Shown piece after piece: positions 48,694-58,571 of a stretch of DNA of 64,000 nt; positions within the stretch are counted from its first letter, which is position 1, and each line of letters opens with the position of its first letter. A program made the translations under genes and the position numbers. Origin of the DNA: an uncultured Acidobacteriota bacterium (GTDB lineage: Bacteria > Acidobacteriota > Thermoanaerobaculia > Gp7-AA8); the NCBI GenBank assembly GCA_963822445.1, contig CAWGHO010000003.1, forward strand, positions 1,632,001-1,696,000, in the 5' to 3' direction. Under the pieces are notes generated by a model that worked only from the letters and a program-made list of their open reading frames with translations, was not told the DNA's origin and searched no databases.

Positions 48694-49613
48694 GGCGGGT
48701 TCGGATCGGGTTACTGGGTTGCGGAACGGTCGGCGGCGGGTTGGTGAGGCTGGTCGCGCACGAGCGCGACCGCGTCCGCGCGCGATTCGGCGTCGACCTC
48801 GAGATCGGCCGCATTCTGATCCGCGACCCGAAAAAGCCGCGCGCGAACGTCGATCGGAAACTGTTGACGACGAACGCGCTGGACGTCATCGACAGCGACT
48901 GCGATCTGGTCGTCGAGGCCGTGGGCGGCGTTCACGCAGCCGGAACGTTCGTACGGCGCGCCATCCAGCGCGGCCGCCACGTCGTTACCGCCAACAAAGC
49001 CTTGCTGGCGGCCACGGGCGGTGAATTGTTCGCCGCCGCCGCCCGGCAAGGCGTGACCATCGGATTCGAGGCCAGCGTCTGCGGCGGTGTGCCGGTCGTC
49101 GGCGCGCTGCGTCGCGGGCTGGCCGGCGACACCATCGAGAGCATTCGCGGAATCCTGAACGGGACCTCGAATTACGTCCTGTGTCGCATGGACGAGGGTC
49201 TGACGCTCGAACAGGCCGTGGCGCTCGCGCAGCAGAAAGGGTTTGCCGAGGCCGATGCCTCGCTGGACATCGGCGGCCACGATGCGATGCAGAAGTTGAA
49301 GATCCTGGCCGGGCTGGCGTTCAACGAGCCGGTGCGGAGGACGACGGTCGTGGGAATCGAGAGCGCGTCGCGTGCGGGCACTGGCTATGTAGTCCGCCAG
49401 GTCGCCGAGGCGCGGCGCGTTGCCGGCGGCGTGGAGCTGGTGGTCGAGAATCGACGGCTGCCGGCCTCCGATCCGCTGGCCGGCGTGCGGGACGAGCAGA
49501 ATGCAGTCGCCATACGAGGGCGGGCGGTAGGCGAGATCTGGCTGAGCGGACGAGGAGCTGGATCGCTGCCGACAGCCGCAGCCCTGCTTGGCGATATCCT
49601 CAATTTAACATAA
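48690..49613 (+). CDS. hom: Homoserine dehydrogenase, short form without ACT domain
   Basis: GLLGCGTVGGG, HVVTANKAL, FEASVCGGVP, GILNGTSNY, GFAEAD, GRGAGSLPTA; GTG overlaps the upstream TGA. Confidence 0.92.
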   Translation: MRRVRIGLLGCGTVGGGLVRLVAHERDRVRARFGVDLEIGRILIRDPKKPRANVDRKLLTTNALDVIDSDCDLVVEAVGGVHAAGTFVRRAIQRGRHVVTANKALLAATGGELFAAAARQGVTIGFEASVCGGVPVVGALRRGLAGDTIESIRGILNGTSNYVLCRMDEGLTLEQAVALAQQKGFAEADASLDIGGHDAMQKLKILAGLAFNEPVRRTTVVGIESASRAGTGYVVRQVAEARRVAGGVELVVENRRLPASDPLAGVRDEQNAVAIRGRAVGEIWLSGRGAGSLPTAAALLGDILNLT

Positions 49614-49686
49614 TCCATCTTATGAGACTCTGTGGAAAGGTAGTTTCGGGCCTGATTCTCGCGATAATCGCGCCCCGGCAGTCTTG

Positions 49687-52119
49687 ATGAACATCCTTAC
49701 CCGCTACATTCTCAAAGAGATGATCGGCCCGACCTTCCTCGGGTTCCTCTTCTACACATCGATCATCGTCATGCAGCGGCTCTTCGACATGGCCGCCATG
49801 ATCATCCGCCGGTCGCTGTCGGCCGACGCCGTCGGCCGCCTGCTCATGTACTCGCTGCCGAACATCGTCGTGCTGACCGTCCCCATGTCGATCCTCTTCG
49901 GGATCCTCATCGCCGTCGGCCGGCTCTCCTCGGATTCCGAAATCGTGGCCATGCGCGCCCTGGGCCTCTCCACGCGCACGATTTACCGGCCAGTCTTCTT
50001 CTTCAGCTTCGTGGCGTTCCTGCTGAACCTCTACCTGATCAACAACGTCCTGCCCCAGGGCAACCGCCAGTTCGTGGCGTTGCGCGCGGAGCTGATGACG
50101 TCCTCGGCCGAGAAAGCGATCAAGCCGCGGGTCTTCTACGACGAGTACCAGAACCTGATGATCTACGTGAACGACGTCGATCCGGCCACAGGGCTCTGGA
50201 AAGGCGTCTTCATCGCCGACAACCGGTCCGACGAGTCGCGCGACGCCACGAGCGCCTCTGCTGCCGCGGAAAATGTCACCGGCCCCCAGGACGATCCCGA
50301 GCTGGCCGCCCTCGGCCGCGACACGTCCGGCCAGCGCATGATCGTGGCCCGCAGCGGCACGCTGACCGTCAGCGAGCCGAGCAAAGACATCTGGATGAAT
50401 CTCACCGGCGCGGAGACCCACATCTGGAATCCCGCCAGGCCCGACCGTTACGACCACACCCGCAACAAGAGCCAGCGGCTGCTCCTGCCGTCACCGGCCG
50501 GCGAATTCGACGCGAGCACTCTGGTCCGGTCGCTTCGGGAGATGAACCTCCGGGAGCTGGTCGAACAGGAACGCCAGCTTCAGCGCGCGGACCGCGAGGA
50601 AGACCGCGTCACGCGCAACCTGGCCCGGGTCGAGATCCACAAGAAGTTCGCCATTCCATTTGCCTGCATCGCCTTTGGAATCCTGGGTTTACCGCTGGGC
50701 ATCACCAACCGGCGCGGCGGCAAAAGCTCAGGTTTTTCTTTAAGTATCCTGATCATCCTTTTCTACTACGTGATGATCAACAACGGCGAGCAGCTCGCCG
50801 CCCGCGGCCGCGTTCCGCCCGCCGTCGGGATGTGGGCCGCGAACCTGATGCTCCTCGCGCTGGGCATCTATCTTCTCGCCCGCGCCAACCGCGACGCCGG
50901 CGCGCGCCAGGCCGGCGGCGGCATCTTCGCCGTGGTCATCCGCACGATTCGTCGCCTCATCGTCCGCAAGCGGCCCGGTCCGGTCGTGGCCATCGAGGAC
51001 GAGCCGTCGCTCCTCAACCGCCTGGACATCACCTTCCCGAACATCCTCGATCGTTACGTGCTCCGCGAGTTCCTGAAGATCCTGGCCATGGTGCTGATCT
51101 CGGTCATCGCTTTGTTCGTGATCGTCGATTACAACGAGATCGCCAAGGACATCCGCGAGAACCGCATCGGTCTGTCGGTGCTGGCGACCTACTACCGCTT
51201 CCAGATCTTCCAGGTCATCGACTGGACGCTGCCGATCTCCGTGCTCGTCGCGACGCTCGTGACGTTCGGCATGCTCTCGAAGAACAACGAGGTCACGGCG
51301 ATGAAGGCGAACGGCGTCTCGCTGTACCGCGTCTCGCTGCCGATCGTGGCCGTCGCCGCGCTCGTTGGCGTGCTCGCCTACTTCGTTCGCGATTTCGTCC
51401 TGCCGTACTCGACCCGCCGCGTGCAGGAGGTGCGGCGCAGGATCGAAGGCAAGGAAACGCGCAGCGCCGCCACGCAACAGAAGCTCTGGTACCTCGGCGC
51501 AGGCCGCTACGTCATCAACTTCCTCTCGTACGACCGCACCCTGCGCCAGCTGTCACAGGTGCAGGTCTTCGAGTTTCATCCGACCGAGTTCCGCCTGGTT
51601 CGCCGCGTTTACGCCCGCACCGCCACATGGACCGGACTGGCGTGGCGCTTCGAGGACGGCTGGATCCGTTCGTTCCAGGACGACGGAAATTCGACGTTCA
51701 CGCCGATGACCCGGCCGGTCACGTTGTACTACCGCGAGACACCGGAAGACTTTGCGACCGAGGTGAAGGCGCCGGATCAGATGTCGTACGCGGAGCTGCG
51801 GACATACATCGAAGCCATTCGCGCCTCGGGATACGGCGCGGACGAGCTGGAAGTCGAGCTCTGGGAGAAAACCTCATGGCCGGCCATCAGCGTGGTCATG
51901 GCTCTGATCGCGTTGCCGTTTGCGTTTCGAATGGGCAAGCGCGGCGCGTTGTACGGCATCGGCCTCGCGCTCGTGCTGGGGATCGTCTATTGGATGGTCT
52001 TCGCCGTCTTCACCAAATTTGGCGAGGTCGGAAATCTCCCGCCGCTGTTATCGGCGTGGGCCGGAAACATCCTGTTCGCGATCGCGGCGGTTTACGGGTT
52101 TTTGCACGTGGAAACGTGA
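49687..52119 (+). CDS. Fused LptF-LptG LPS export permease
   Basis: Two tandem YjgP/YjgQ units in one frame: ILTRYILKE...GRLSSDSEIVAMRALG...EIHKKFA and ILDRYVLREF...NNEVTAMKANGVSLYR...LPPLLSAW. Confidence 0.9.
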   Translation: MNILTRYILKEMIGPTFLGFLFYTSIIVMQRLFDMAAMIIRRSLSADAVGRLLMYSLPNIVVLTVPMSILFGILIAVGRLSSDSEIVAMRALGLSTRTIYRPVFFFSFVAFLLNLYLINNVLPQGNRQFVALRAELMTSSAEKAIKPRVFYDEYQNLMIYVNDVDPATGLWKGVFIADNRSDESRDATSASAAAENVTGPQDDPELAALGRDTSGQRMIVARSGTLTVSEPSKDIWMNLTGAETHIWNPARPDRYDHTRNKSQRLLLPSPAGEFDASTLVRSLREMNLRELVEQERQLQRADREEDRVTRNLARVEIHKKFAIPFACIAFGILGLPLGITNRRGGKSSGFSLSILIILFYYVMINNGEQLAARGRVPPAVGMWAANLMLLALGIYLLARANRDAGARQAGGGIFAVVIRTIRRLIVRKRPGPVVAIEDEPSLLNRLDITFPNILDRYVLREFLKILAMVLISVIALFVIVDYNEIAKDIRENRIGLSVLATYYRFQIFQVIDWTLPISVLVATLVTFGMLSKNNEVTAMKANGVSLYRVSLPIVAVAALVGVLAYFVRDFVLPYSTRRVQEVRRRIEGKETRSAATQQKLWYLGAGRYVINFLSYDRTLRQLSQVQVFEFHPTEFRLVRRVYARTATWTGLAWRFEDGWIRSFQDDGNSTFTPMTRPVTLYYRETPEDFATEVKAPDQMSYAELRTYIEAIRASGYGADELEVELWEKTSWPAISVVMALIALPFAFRMGKRGALYGIGLALVLGIVYWMVFAVFTKFGEVGNLPPLLSAWAGNILFAIAAVYGFLHVET

Positions 52120-54024
52120 TTACTTCACGGACAGCCGGTGCACGCCGCCGCCGCTGAATCCCACCAGCAGCGTCTTTCCTCCTGACTCGAGCGCGAGGTC
52201 GATCACGTCCTCATGCGGCGGCTCGCCGCCGACGCGCGACCAGGTCTTGCCGTCGTCGGTCGAGCGGAAGATGCCCTCCCTCAGCGCCCCTGCCCAGATC
52301 GTTTCCGCCGCTGCATCGAACAGAAGTACGGTCACGTTGAGGTCCTTGACGCTCCCGCCCACCGCGGTCCAGGTCTTTCCGGCGTCGGCAGAGCGGTAGA
52401 TGCCCTGATGCGTTCCCGCGAAAAGATCCTGGGGCGTCCTGGCGGCGATGATCGTCTGAATGCGCGACGTCGGCGGGATGCCCGTGCCATTCGTCCAGTT
52501 CGTGCCGCCGTCCGTGGAGAGGTAGAGATTGCGGTCCGTGTTGAACGCGATCCTGTCCGGCTCCGTGGCGTCCACGTAAAACGCGAACCGGCCGAGCATC
52601 GAGCTGTCCGGACGCGGCGTCTTCACCTCTTTCCAGGTCACTCCGGCGTCGTCGCTGCGCATGACCTGGCAGAAGTCCCTTCCGCTGTGCGCGTACACCC
52701 GCTTGGGATTCGAGGGCGCGAAACGGAGGTGCTGGACCACCGGATCGCAACCGCCTTTCAGCGTGTGCGTCCACGACGCGCCGCTGTCCGTCGATCGAAA
52801 GGCGCCTTCGGTCGTGCCGACCATGAACGTTCCCTTCGCGGTCGGATGCGCGGCCAGCGAATGCACGGAGCGGTCGGTCATCTCTTCATTCGAAAGCACC
52901 CACGTCGCGCCACCATCGTCCGAGCGGTGCACGCCGGCCTGCGTAGAACCGACGAAGATCCGTTTCGGCGACGCGGGATCGATCAGCACCGAGGTGACCT
53001 GCAGTGAGAGGAAGCCGGCGCCGGTCGTCCAGGTCGCACCGCCGTCCGTCGACTTGACCACGCCGTCGCGGCCCGTGCCGCCCCAGATCGTTCCCGATTT
53101 CTCGTCGATCGCGACCGAGCGGAAGTTGATCCAGTTGAAGCCTTTCGTGATCGTCTTCCAGCTTTCGCCGCCGTCGGTGGATCGCAGGATTCGGTTAGGA
53201 ATCCCCGCGTAAAGAAGACCGGGCGTCGCCGTCGAGCTGACCAGTGAGTAGACGCGGTTGCCGCTCATCCTCGCGTCGGTCGTGGCCACGGTCCAGGTCG
53301 TCCCTCCATCGACGGTGCGCCAGATCCCATCGCCCTGCGTTCCGGCCACGACGAGCCCCTCGGGACCAGTGGCGACGCTGTGGACCGCTTTTCCGGACAA
53401 CGTCAGCTTCCAGGTCGCACCGCCGTCATCCGACTGATAAACGCCGTCGGAGGATGCAGCGAACACCGACGCGCTGTCGCGCGCGACGGCGACGTTGTAA
53501 ACGCGTGAGTTCTGATGAATGCCGCCGTTCGCGGCCTTCCAGGTCGCGCCGGAATCGGTGGACTTGAACACACCGTGCGGATTCCCATCGGAATCCGAGC
53601 TCGCGTACACAGTGGTGGGTTTGCCGGGATCGAAGGCAAAGCCGGTCATCTCCGGCTGGCTGATTTTCTGGTCCAGCACTCTCTTCCAGGTCGCTCCAGC
53701 GTCGGTGGACCTGTAGAGAGCGAGCGGGCTGGCGGCGAGGATGATTCGCGAGTCGACCGGACTCACCGCGACTCCGTTGAAGGTCTCGCCGATGGGTGCG
53801 CCCGCGAGCCGCGTCCAGGTCGCGCCGCCATCCTTCGACTTCCACACGCCGCCGCCCCACGTCCCCGCGTAGAGCACGTTCGCGTCCTTCGGATCAATCG
53901 TCAGCCCGTAAACGGCGCCTCCCGGCGGGCCGACCGGCGTCCAGGGCGATGCGGCGAAGAGAGTGCCGGCGATGCAGAGCAGCGCCAACGCGAAGAGCGT
54001 GCGAAGCAGAGCGCGTGTTGTCAT
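52120..54024 (-). CDS. Secreted BNR/Asp-box repeat beta-propeller protein (VPS10/Ycf48-like)
   Basis: Signal peptide; more than ten S.D.G.TW Asp-box repeats. Confidence 0.88.
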   Translation of the reverse strand: MTTRALLRTLFALALLCIAGTLFAASPWTPVGPPGGAVYGLTIDPKDANVLYAGTWGGGVWKSKDGGATWTRLAGAPIGETFNGVAVSPVDSRIILAASPLALYRSTDAGATWKRVLDQKISQPEMTGFAFDPGKPTTVYASSDSDGNPHGVFKSTDSGATWKAANGGIHQNSRVYNVAVARDSASVFAASSDGVYQSDDGGATWKLTLSGKAVHSVATGPEGLVVAGTQGDGIWRTVDGGTTWTVATTDARMSGNRVYSLVSSTATPGLLYAGIPNRILRSTDGGESWKTITKGFNWINFRSVAIDEKSGTIWGGTGRDGVVKSTDGGATWTTGAGFLSLQVTSVLIDPASPKRIFVGSTQAGVHRSDDGGATWVLSNEEMTDRSVHSLAAHPTAKGTFMVGTTEGAFRSTDSGASWTHTLKGGCDPVVQHLRFAPSNPKRVYAHSGRDFCQVMRSDDAGVTWKEVKTPRPDSSMLGRFAFYVDATEPDRIAFNTDRNLYLSTDGGTNWTNGTGIPPTSRIQTIIAARTPQDLFAGTHQGIYRSADAGKTWTAVGGSVKDLNVTVLLFDAAAETIWAGALREGIFRSTDDGKTWSRVGGEPPHEDVIDLALESGGKTLLVGFSGGGVHRLSVK

Positions 54025-54077
54025 GGCGACGGAAAACGTACCACGGGCGCCAACACCCCCGCTGCTATCCTCTGCGA

Positions 54078-56549
54078 GTGCTGGCGGCCGGCGAACGCAT
54101 CGAGCATTACGAGATCATCGCGCTCATCGGTGCGGGCGGCATGGGCGAGGTCTATCGCGCGCACGACACGCGCATCCGCCGCGATGTTGCGTTGAAAGTG
54201 CTGCCGATGCTCCGCCGCGACGCCGACTCCCTGCGGCGTTTCGAGCAGGAAGCGCGGGCCGCGGGGATGCTCAACCACCCGAACATCCTCACCGTTTTCG
54301 ACGTCGGGATGCACGACGACGCACCGTTCATCGTGTCCGAATTGCTCGAAGGGAGCTCGCTGCGGGACGAGCTCACTCGTGCGCGGCTCCCACTCCGCCG
54401 AGCGCTCGACTACGCGTCGCAGATCGGCCAGGGCCTGGCCGCGGCACACGACAAAGGCATCGTCCATCGCGATCTGAAGCCGGAGAACGTCTTCGTGCTC
54501 GACGACGGCCGGGTGAAACTGCTCGACTTCGGCCTGGTCAAGCTGCTGCGACCCGACTCGATCTCTCCGAGTGAGGAGACGCAGCGCCAGCCGACGAACC
54601 CCGGCGTGGTCCTCGGCACCGTCGGATACATGTCCCCGGAGCAGGTCCGCGGCGGGCCCGTCGATCATCGCTCGGACATCTTCTCCCTCGGCGTCCTGCT
54701 CTTCGAGATGGTCAGCGGCCGGCAACCATTCCATCGCGACAGCGCGGTGGAGACGATGAACGCGATCCTGCACGACGACCTGCCTGCGACCACGGTCGTG
54801 CCGGCCGGACTGGCGCGGATCATCGGGCACGCCGTCGAGAAGAAGGCCGGCAATCGCTTCCAGTCGTCGCGGGACATCGCCTTCGCCCTCGAAGCGATCA
54901 GCGACAGCGAGACCAGCGCGACACCGGCGATCAAGCCTTCGCGCCGCAAGAGCGAGAAACCGGCGCCGGTTCACTATCACCGCGTCACGTTCCGGCCCGG
55001 ATTCGTCATGAGCGCACGGTTCGCACCGGACGGGTCGGTGGTGTACGGCGCGGCATGGCAGGAGGACGACGTCGAGGTTTTCTCGTCGATCCTCTCCACG
55101 CCCGAATCGCGATCGATCCTCGCGGGCGCCGACGTGCATTCCGTGGCGCCGTCCGGCGAGCTGGCGGTCTCCCTCGGGCGGCATTTCCTTGGCGGGTACG
55201 TCATGAATGGGACGCTGGCGCGTGCCCCCCTCGCCGGAGGTCCTCCCCGGCTCATCTGCGAGAGCGTGCAGGATGCGCAGTGGACGCGCGACGGCCGGGA
55301 CTTCCTCATCGTCCGGCACGTCGAAGGCGTCTACCGCATCGAGTCGCCGATCGACAACGTGCTCTATGAGACGCCCACCTGGATCAGCCACGCGCTGTTC
55401 TCGCCGAACGAACAGGCCATCGCATTCCTCGAGCATCGCGTGTGGGGCGACGATGGTGGAACGCTCGTCGTGATCGACCGCGAAGGGCGGGAGATCGTCC
55501 GCGGTACCACTACCTGGAACAGCACCGCGGGCCTGGCCTGGACGCCGAAGGGAGACGAGATCTGGGTCGCCGCGGAGACGACCGGTGACGGCCGCGCCCT
55601 CGTGGCCACGACGCTCGCGGGACGACAGCGCACCGTTCAATCGTTTCCCGGACGTGTGTCCGTGCACGACATCGCGCCGGACGGACGCGTGCTCATCGCC
55701 CTCGAGAGCGGCCGCCGGGAGATCATGGCCGGCCGTCGCGGAACGAACGAAGAGCGAAACCTCTCCTGGTTCGACTGGTCCTGGCTGTCCGCGCTGAGCC
55801 GCAACGGGACGTTCGTGCTGATCGAAGAGCAGGCCGCCGCGGCGCGCGGAAAACATCTGCTCTACATCCGCGGCACCGACGGTTCACCCGCTGTCCGCAT
55901 CGGCGAGGGACGTGCGCGCGGAATGGCCATTTCACCCGATGAGCGCTGGGTCGCCGTGCTCTCAGATGAAAGCCAGGAACTGCAACTGCTCCCCCTCGGC
56001 GTGGGCCAGCCGCGGCGGATCGCCTGCAATGGCCTCAACCACTCGATGTGGTGGCAGTTCACGCCGGACGGCCGCCGGCTGATCATTCTCGCCTTTCGAA
56101 CGAATGAGCCGATGCGCCTGTTCGAGGTGGCCATCGACGGCGACGGCACTCCGCGGCCATTGACGAACGAGCCGGTCGGCTGGCCGTGCGTGCTCTCGAC
56201 GGATGGGAAGTGGGTCGCCGCGACTGGTACCAATCAACGCATCGTGCTCTTCTCGACGGAGGCGTTCGAGTCGCGAACCGCTCCCGGATGCACGGAGTCG
56301 GACGTTGCGATCGGATGGACGGAAGACAGCCGGTGTTTGTACGTGTATACGAGAGGTCGCACGACCGTCCCCGTGTATCGCGTCGATGTGACCACCGGAG
56401 AGCGCGAAGAGTGGCTGACGCTCGAGCCGCCCGATCCCGCGGGCGTGCTCGACATCATGCCGGTCACCATCACCGCCGACGGCGAGGCGTATGCGTACGG
56501 ATACCGCCGCCTGCTCGCCGATCTGTACATCGTCACGGGGTTACTCTGA
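54078..56549 (+). CDS. Ser/Thr protein kinase with C-terminal TolB/WD40-like beta-propeller
   Basis: IGAGGMGEVY, VALK, HRDLKPEN, DFG, GTVGYMSPEQ, DIFSLG; then FAPDG/FSPNE/WTPKG/ISPDE/FTPDG repeats; GTG start inferred at 54078. Confidence 0.92.
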   Translation: MLAAGERIEHYEIIALIGAGGMGEVYRAHDTRIRRDVALKVLPMLRRDADSLRRFEQEARAAGMLNHPNILTVFDVGMHDDAPFIVSELLEGSSLRDELTRARLPLRRALDYASQIGQGLAAAHDKGIVHRDLKPENVFVLDDGRVKLLDFGLVKLLRPDSISPSEETQRQPTNPGVVLGTVGYMSPEQVRGGPVDHRSDIFSLGVLLFEMVSGRQPFHRDSAVETMNAILHDDLPATTVVPAGLARIIGHAVEKKAGNRFQSSRDIAFALEAISDSETSATPAIKPSRRKSEKPAPVHYHRVTFRPGFVMSARFAPDGSVVYGAAWQEDDVEVFSSILSTPESRSILAGADVHSVAPSGELAVSLGRHFLGGYVMNGTLARAPLAGGPPRLICESVQDAQWTRDGRDFLIVRHVEGVYRIESPIDNVLYETPTWISHALFSPNEQAIAFLEHRVWGDDGGTLVVIDREGREIVRGTTTWNSTAGLAWTPKGDEIWVAAETTGDGRALVATTLAGRQRTVQSFPGRVSVHDIAPDGRVLIALESGRREIMAGRRGTNEERNLSWFDWSWLSALSRNGTFVLIEEQAAAARGKHLLYIRGTDGSPAVRIGEGRARGMAISPDERWVAVLSDESQELQLLPLGVGQPRRIACNGLNHSMWWQFTPDGRRLIILAFRTNEPMRLFEVAIDGDGTPRPLTNEPVGWPCVLSTDGKWVAATGTNQRIVLFSTEAFESRTAPGCTESDVAIGWTEDSRCLYVYTRGRTTVPVYRVDVTTGEREEWLTLEPPDPAGVLDIMPVTITADGEAYAYGYRRLLADLYIVTGLL

Positions 56550-56565
56550 TAAGTGAGGCAGAAGA

Positions 56566-57291
56566 ATGAGAAAGACCGCAGTCGCCCTGTTTACGATCGT
56601 ATTGATGACCGGCTGCGTAACCAGCCGCCAGGCCAGAACCATCGAGCCCAGCGCATTCCTCGGCGAATCCGCCGCGCTCCTCGAGAAGGGTGACAAACAG
56701 GAGTCGCTGCTCGTCTACCGCAACGGGCGCGCGGACTGGCGTTCGTTCGACAAGATCCTGCTCGACCCGGTGCAGGTCTGGAGCGCGAAGCCGTCGACGC
56801 TTCCGTCCGACCAGGCCGCCGACTATCAGAAGATGGTCGACAGCTTTCATCTGACGCTTCACGAAAAGCTGGCGCGCAGCTACGAGATGGTGGACGTTCC
56901 TGCTGCGAATGCGTTCCGCATCCAGATGGCTCTCGTCAACGGATCGCAGGCCAACCAGACCCTGAAAGTGGCGAAGCTGATTGCGCCCTACGCCGGCGTC
57001 GCCGATTTCCTCTGGACCTTCGCGACGGGCAAGCCGGCGTTCGCCGGAGAAGTGTCGCTCGAATACATGATCAGGGATGCGCAGACCGGCGAGCTTCTCG
57101 CCGCCGGCGCTGACCGCCGCGTCGGCGGCAACCAGGTCGGCAAAGCCACATTCACCAGCTGGGGCGACGTGAAGAACATCCTCACCTACTGGTCGGACCT
57201 GACCGTCTATCGTCTGTGTGTCGATCGCGGTGACACCGGCTGTCAACGGCCCGGCGCGGGATTGACGCAGCCGGCCGCGCCTGGGAGATGA
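56566..57291 (+). CDS. DUF3313-like lipoprotein
   Basis: Lipobox LMTGC; S.FLG...L, KILLDPV, E..IRDAQTGELLAA..DRR.G. Confidence 0.8.
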   Translation: MRKTAVALFTIVLMTGCVTSRQARTIEPSAFLGESAALLEKGDKQESLLVYRNGRADWRSFDKILLDPVQVWSAKPSTLPSDQAADYQKMVDSFHLTLHEKLARSYEMVDVPAANAFRIQMALVNGSQANQTLKVAKLIAPYAGVADFLWTFATGKPAFAGEVSLEYMIRDAQTGELLAAGADRRVGGNQVGKATFTSWGDVKNILTYWSDLTVYRLCVDRGDTGCQRPGAGLTQPAAPGR

Positions 57292-57295
57292 AACG

Positions 57296-57889
57296 ATGCC
57301 GAAGAAACTCACCGACGAAGACAGCCGCTTCTACGCGCTGCTCGAGCGTCTCTTCAAGGAGATCGATCAGGAGTCGATTCAGGCCGAGGTCGAGGCGCTG
57401 AAGAAGGCGAAGCCGGAGATGTCTCGCGAGAAGCTCGCGGATCACCTCACGAAGAAGGCGTCCGTGCGCGTCGCGAGCGTCGGTGCGGCCGCGGGGATTC
57501 CCGGAGGACCGCTGGCGGTTCTGGCCATGGCCCCCGACATCTTCAATCTCGTCATGCAGCAGAGCCGTCTCATTCTCTCGATCGCATTTCTGTACGATCG
57601 CAAAGCCAATCTGAAGCAGCGCTTCAATGAAGTCCTGGCGACGCTGGCCGTTGCCACGGGCGCGTCGGCCGGGCGTCTCGGCGTCCGCGTCCTGCTCGCG
57701 AAAGGTCTCGAGCAAACGGTGGCGAAGAAGCTGGCCAGGAAGATCTTCGGCCGCTTTCTCGCGCGGAAGGTGCCGATGATCGCGCCGGCGCTCGGGACCG
57801 TCGCCGGCGCGTCGATCAACTACTTCTCCATGCGTGCGGTCGGAAAAGCGGCGGTGGCCTTTTACAGCAGAGCAGAGGAAAAATCCTGA
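57296..57889 (+). CDS. EcsC-like family protein
   Basis: GAAAGIPG...A.D, KVPMIA..LG..AGASIN...RAVGK.A pattern. Confidence 0.65.
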   Translation: MPKKLTDEDSRFYALLERLFKEIDQESIQAEVEALKKAKPEMSREKLADHLTKKASVRVASVGAAAGIPGGPLAVLAMAPDIFNLVMQQSRLILSIAFLYDRKANLKQRFNEVLATLAVATGASAGRLGVRVLLAKGLEQTVAKKLARKIFGRFLARKVPMIAPALGTVAGASINYFSMRAVGKAAVAFYSRAEEKS

Positions 57890-58317
57890 TGAAACGATTC
57901 ACAGTCGCAGTGCTCGCTCTTGCCGTAATCGCAGCCGTGCCGATGCAGGCCGGAACAGTCTGCGAGATGACCTTCACGATGAGCGGCTGGTCCGCGTTCT
58001 ACAAAGCGTCGTCGGGCACGGGCACGATCAAGTGCGACAACGGCGAGAGAGCGAAAGTGAAGCTGTCTGCAAAGGGCGGTGGGATTACCTTCGGACGCTC
58101 GAAGATCAAGGACGCCATCGGCAAGTTCACCGAAGTCGACTCGATCTCCGACCTGTTCGGCTCTTATGCTCAGGGTGAAGCCCATGCCGGGGCCGGCAAG
58201 TCCGCGAAGGCATCGGTCGTCACGAAGGGCGACATCTCGCTCGCCATCGCCGGCAAGGGCACGGGCGTCGACGTCGGGATCGCCTTCGGCAAGTTCACGA
58301 TCGAAAAGGCGAAGTGA
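57889..58317 (+). CDS. Secreted Gly-rich beta protein of unknown function
   Basis: Signal peptide; C...F...GWS.FY....G.G.I.C; DLFGSY; coupled to the upstream stop (TGATG). Confidence 0.75.
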   Translation: MKRFTVAVLALAVIAAVPMQAGTVCEMTFTMSGWSAFYKASSGTGTIKCDNGERAKVKLSAKGGGITFGRSKIKDAIGKFTEVDSISDLFGSYAQGEAHAGAGKSAKASVVTKGDISLAIAGKGTGVDVGIAFGKFTIEKAK

Positions 58318-58494
58318 TTACTTGATCTGCTCCGGCCTGTTGTCGGCCAGACCTTCGCCGAGGCCGTCCTTCTCGCGCGGGGATTCCTGGCCGGAGTGCT
58401 CGCCGTGGGCAGGTCCGTCGTAGCCGAGAGCCTCATCGCCGACGATCGCGTCGATCTTCGTGTTCTGCTCTTCGGTTGATTTTTCGTCGCTCAT
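58318..58494 (-). CDS. Small acidic hydrophilic protein (58 aa)
   Basis: MSDEKSTEEQNTKIDAIVGDEALGYDGPAHGEHSGQESPREKDGLGEGLADNRPEQIK; host-like codon usage; fills the gap exactly. Confidence 0.6.
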   Translation of the reverse strand: MSDEKSTEEQNTKIDAIVGDEALGYDGPAHGEHSGQESPREKDGLGEGLADNRPEQIK

Positions 58495-58571
58495 GACCGG
58501 TTCAAAGAGCAAGGACCGCTCCACTTGTGACCGCTGTTCCAAGTCTCGGGGTATGAAGGAGTAAGCAGGAC

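Noticed and set aside
52101-52116. parS-like TTTGCACGTGGAAAC
   Set aside because: Only the CACGTG core is palindromic, and it encodes the FLHVET end of LptG
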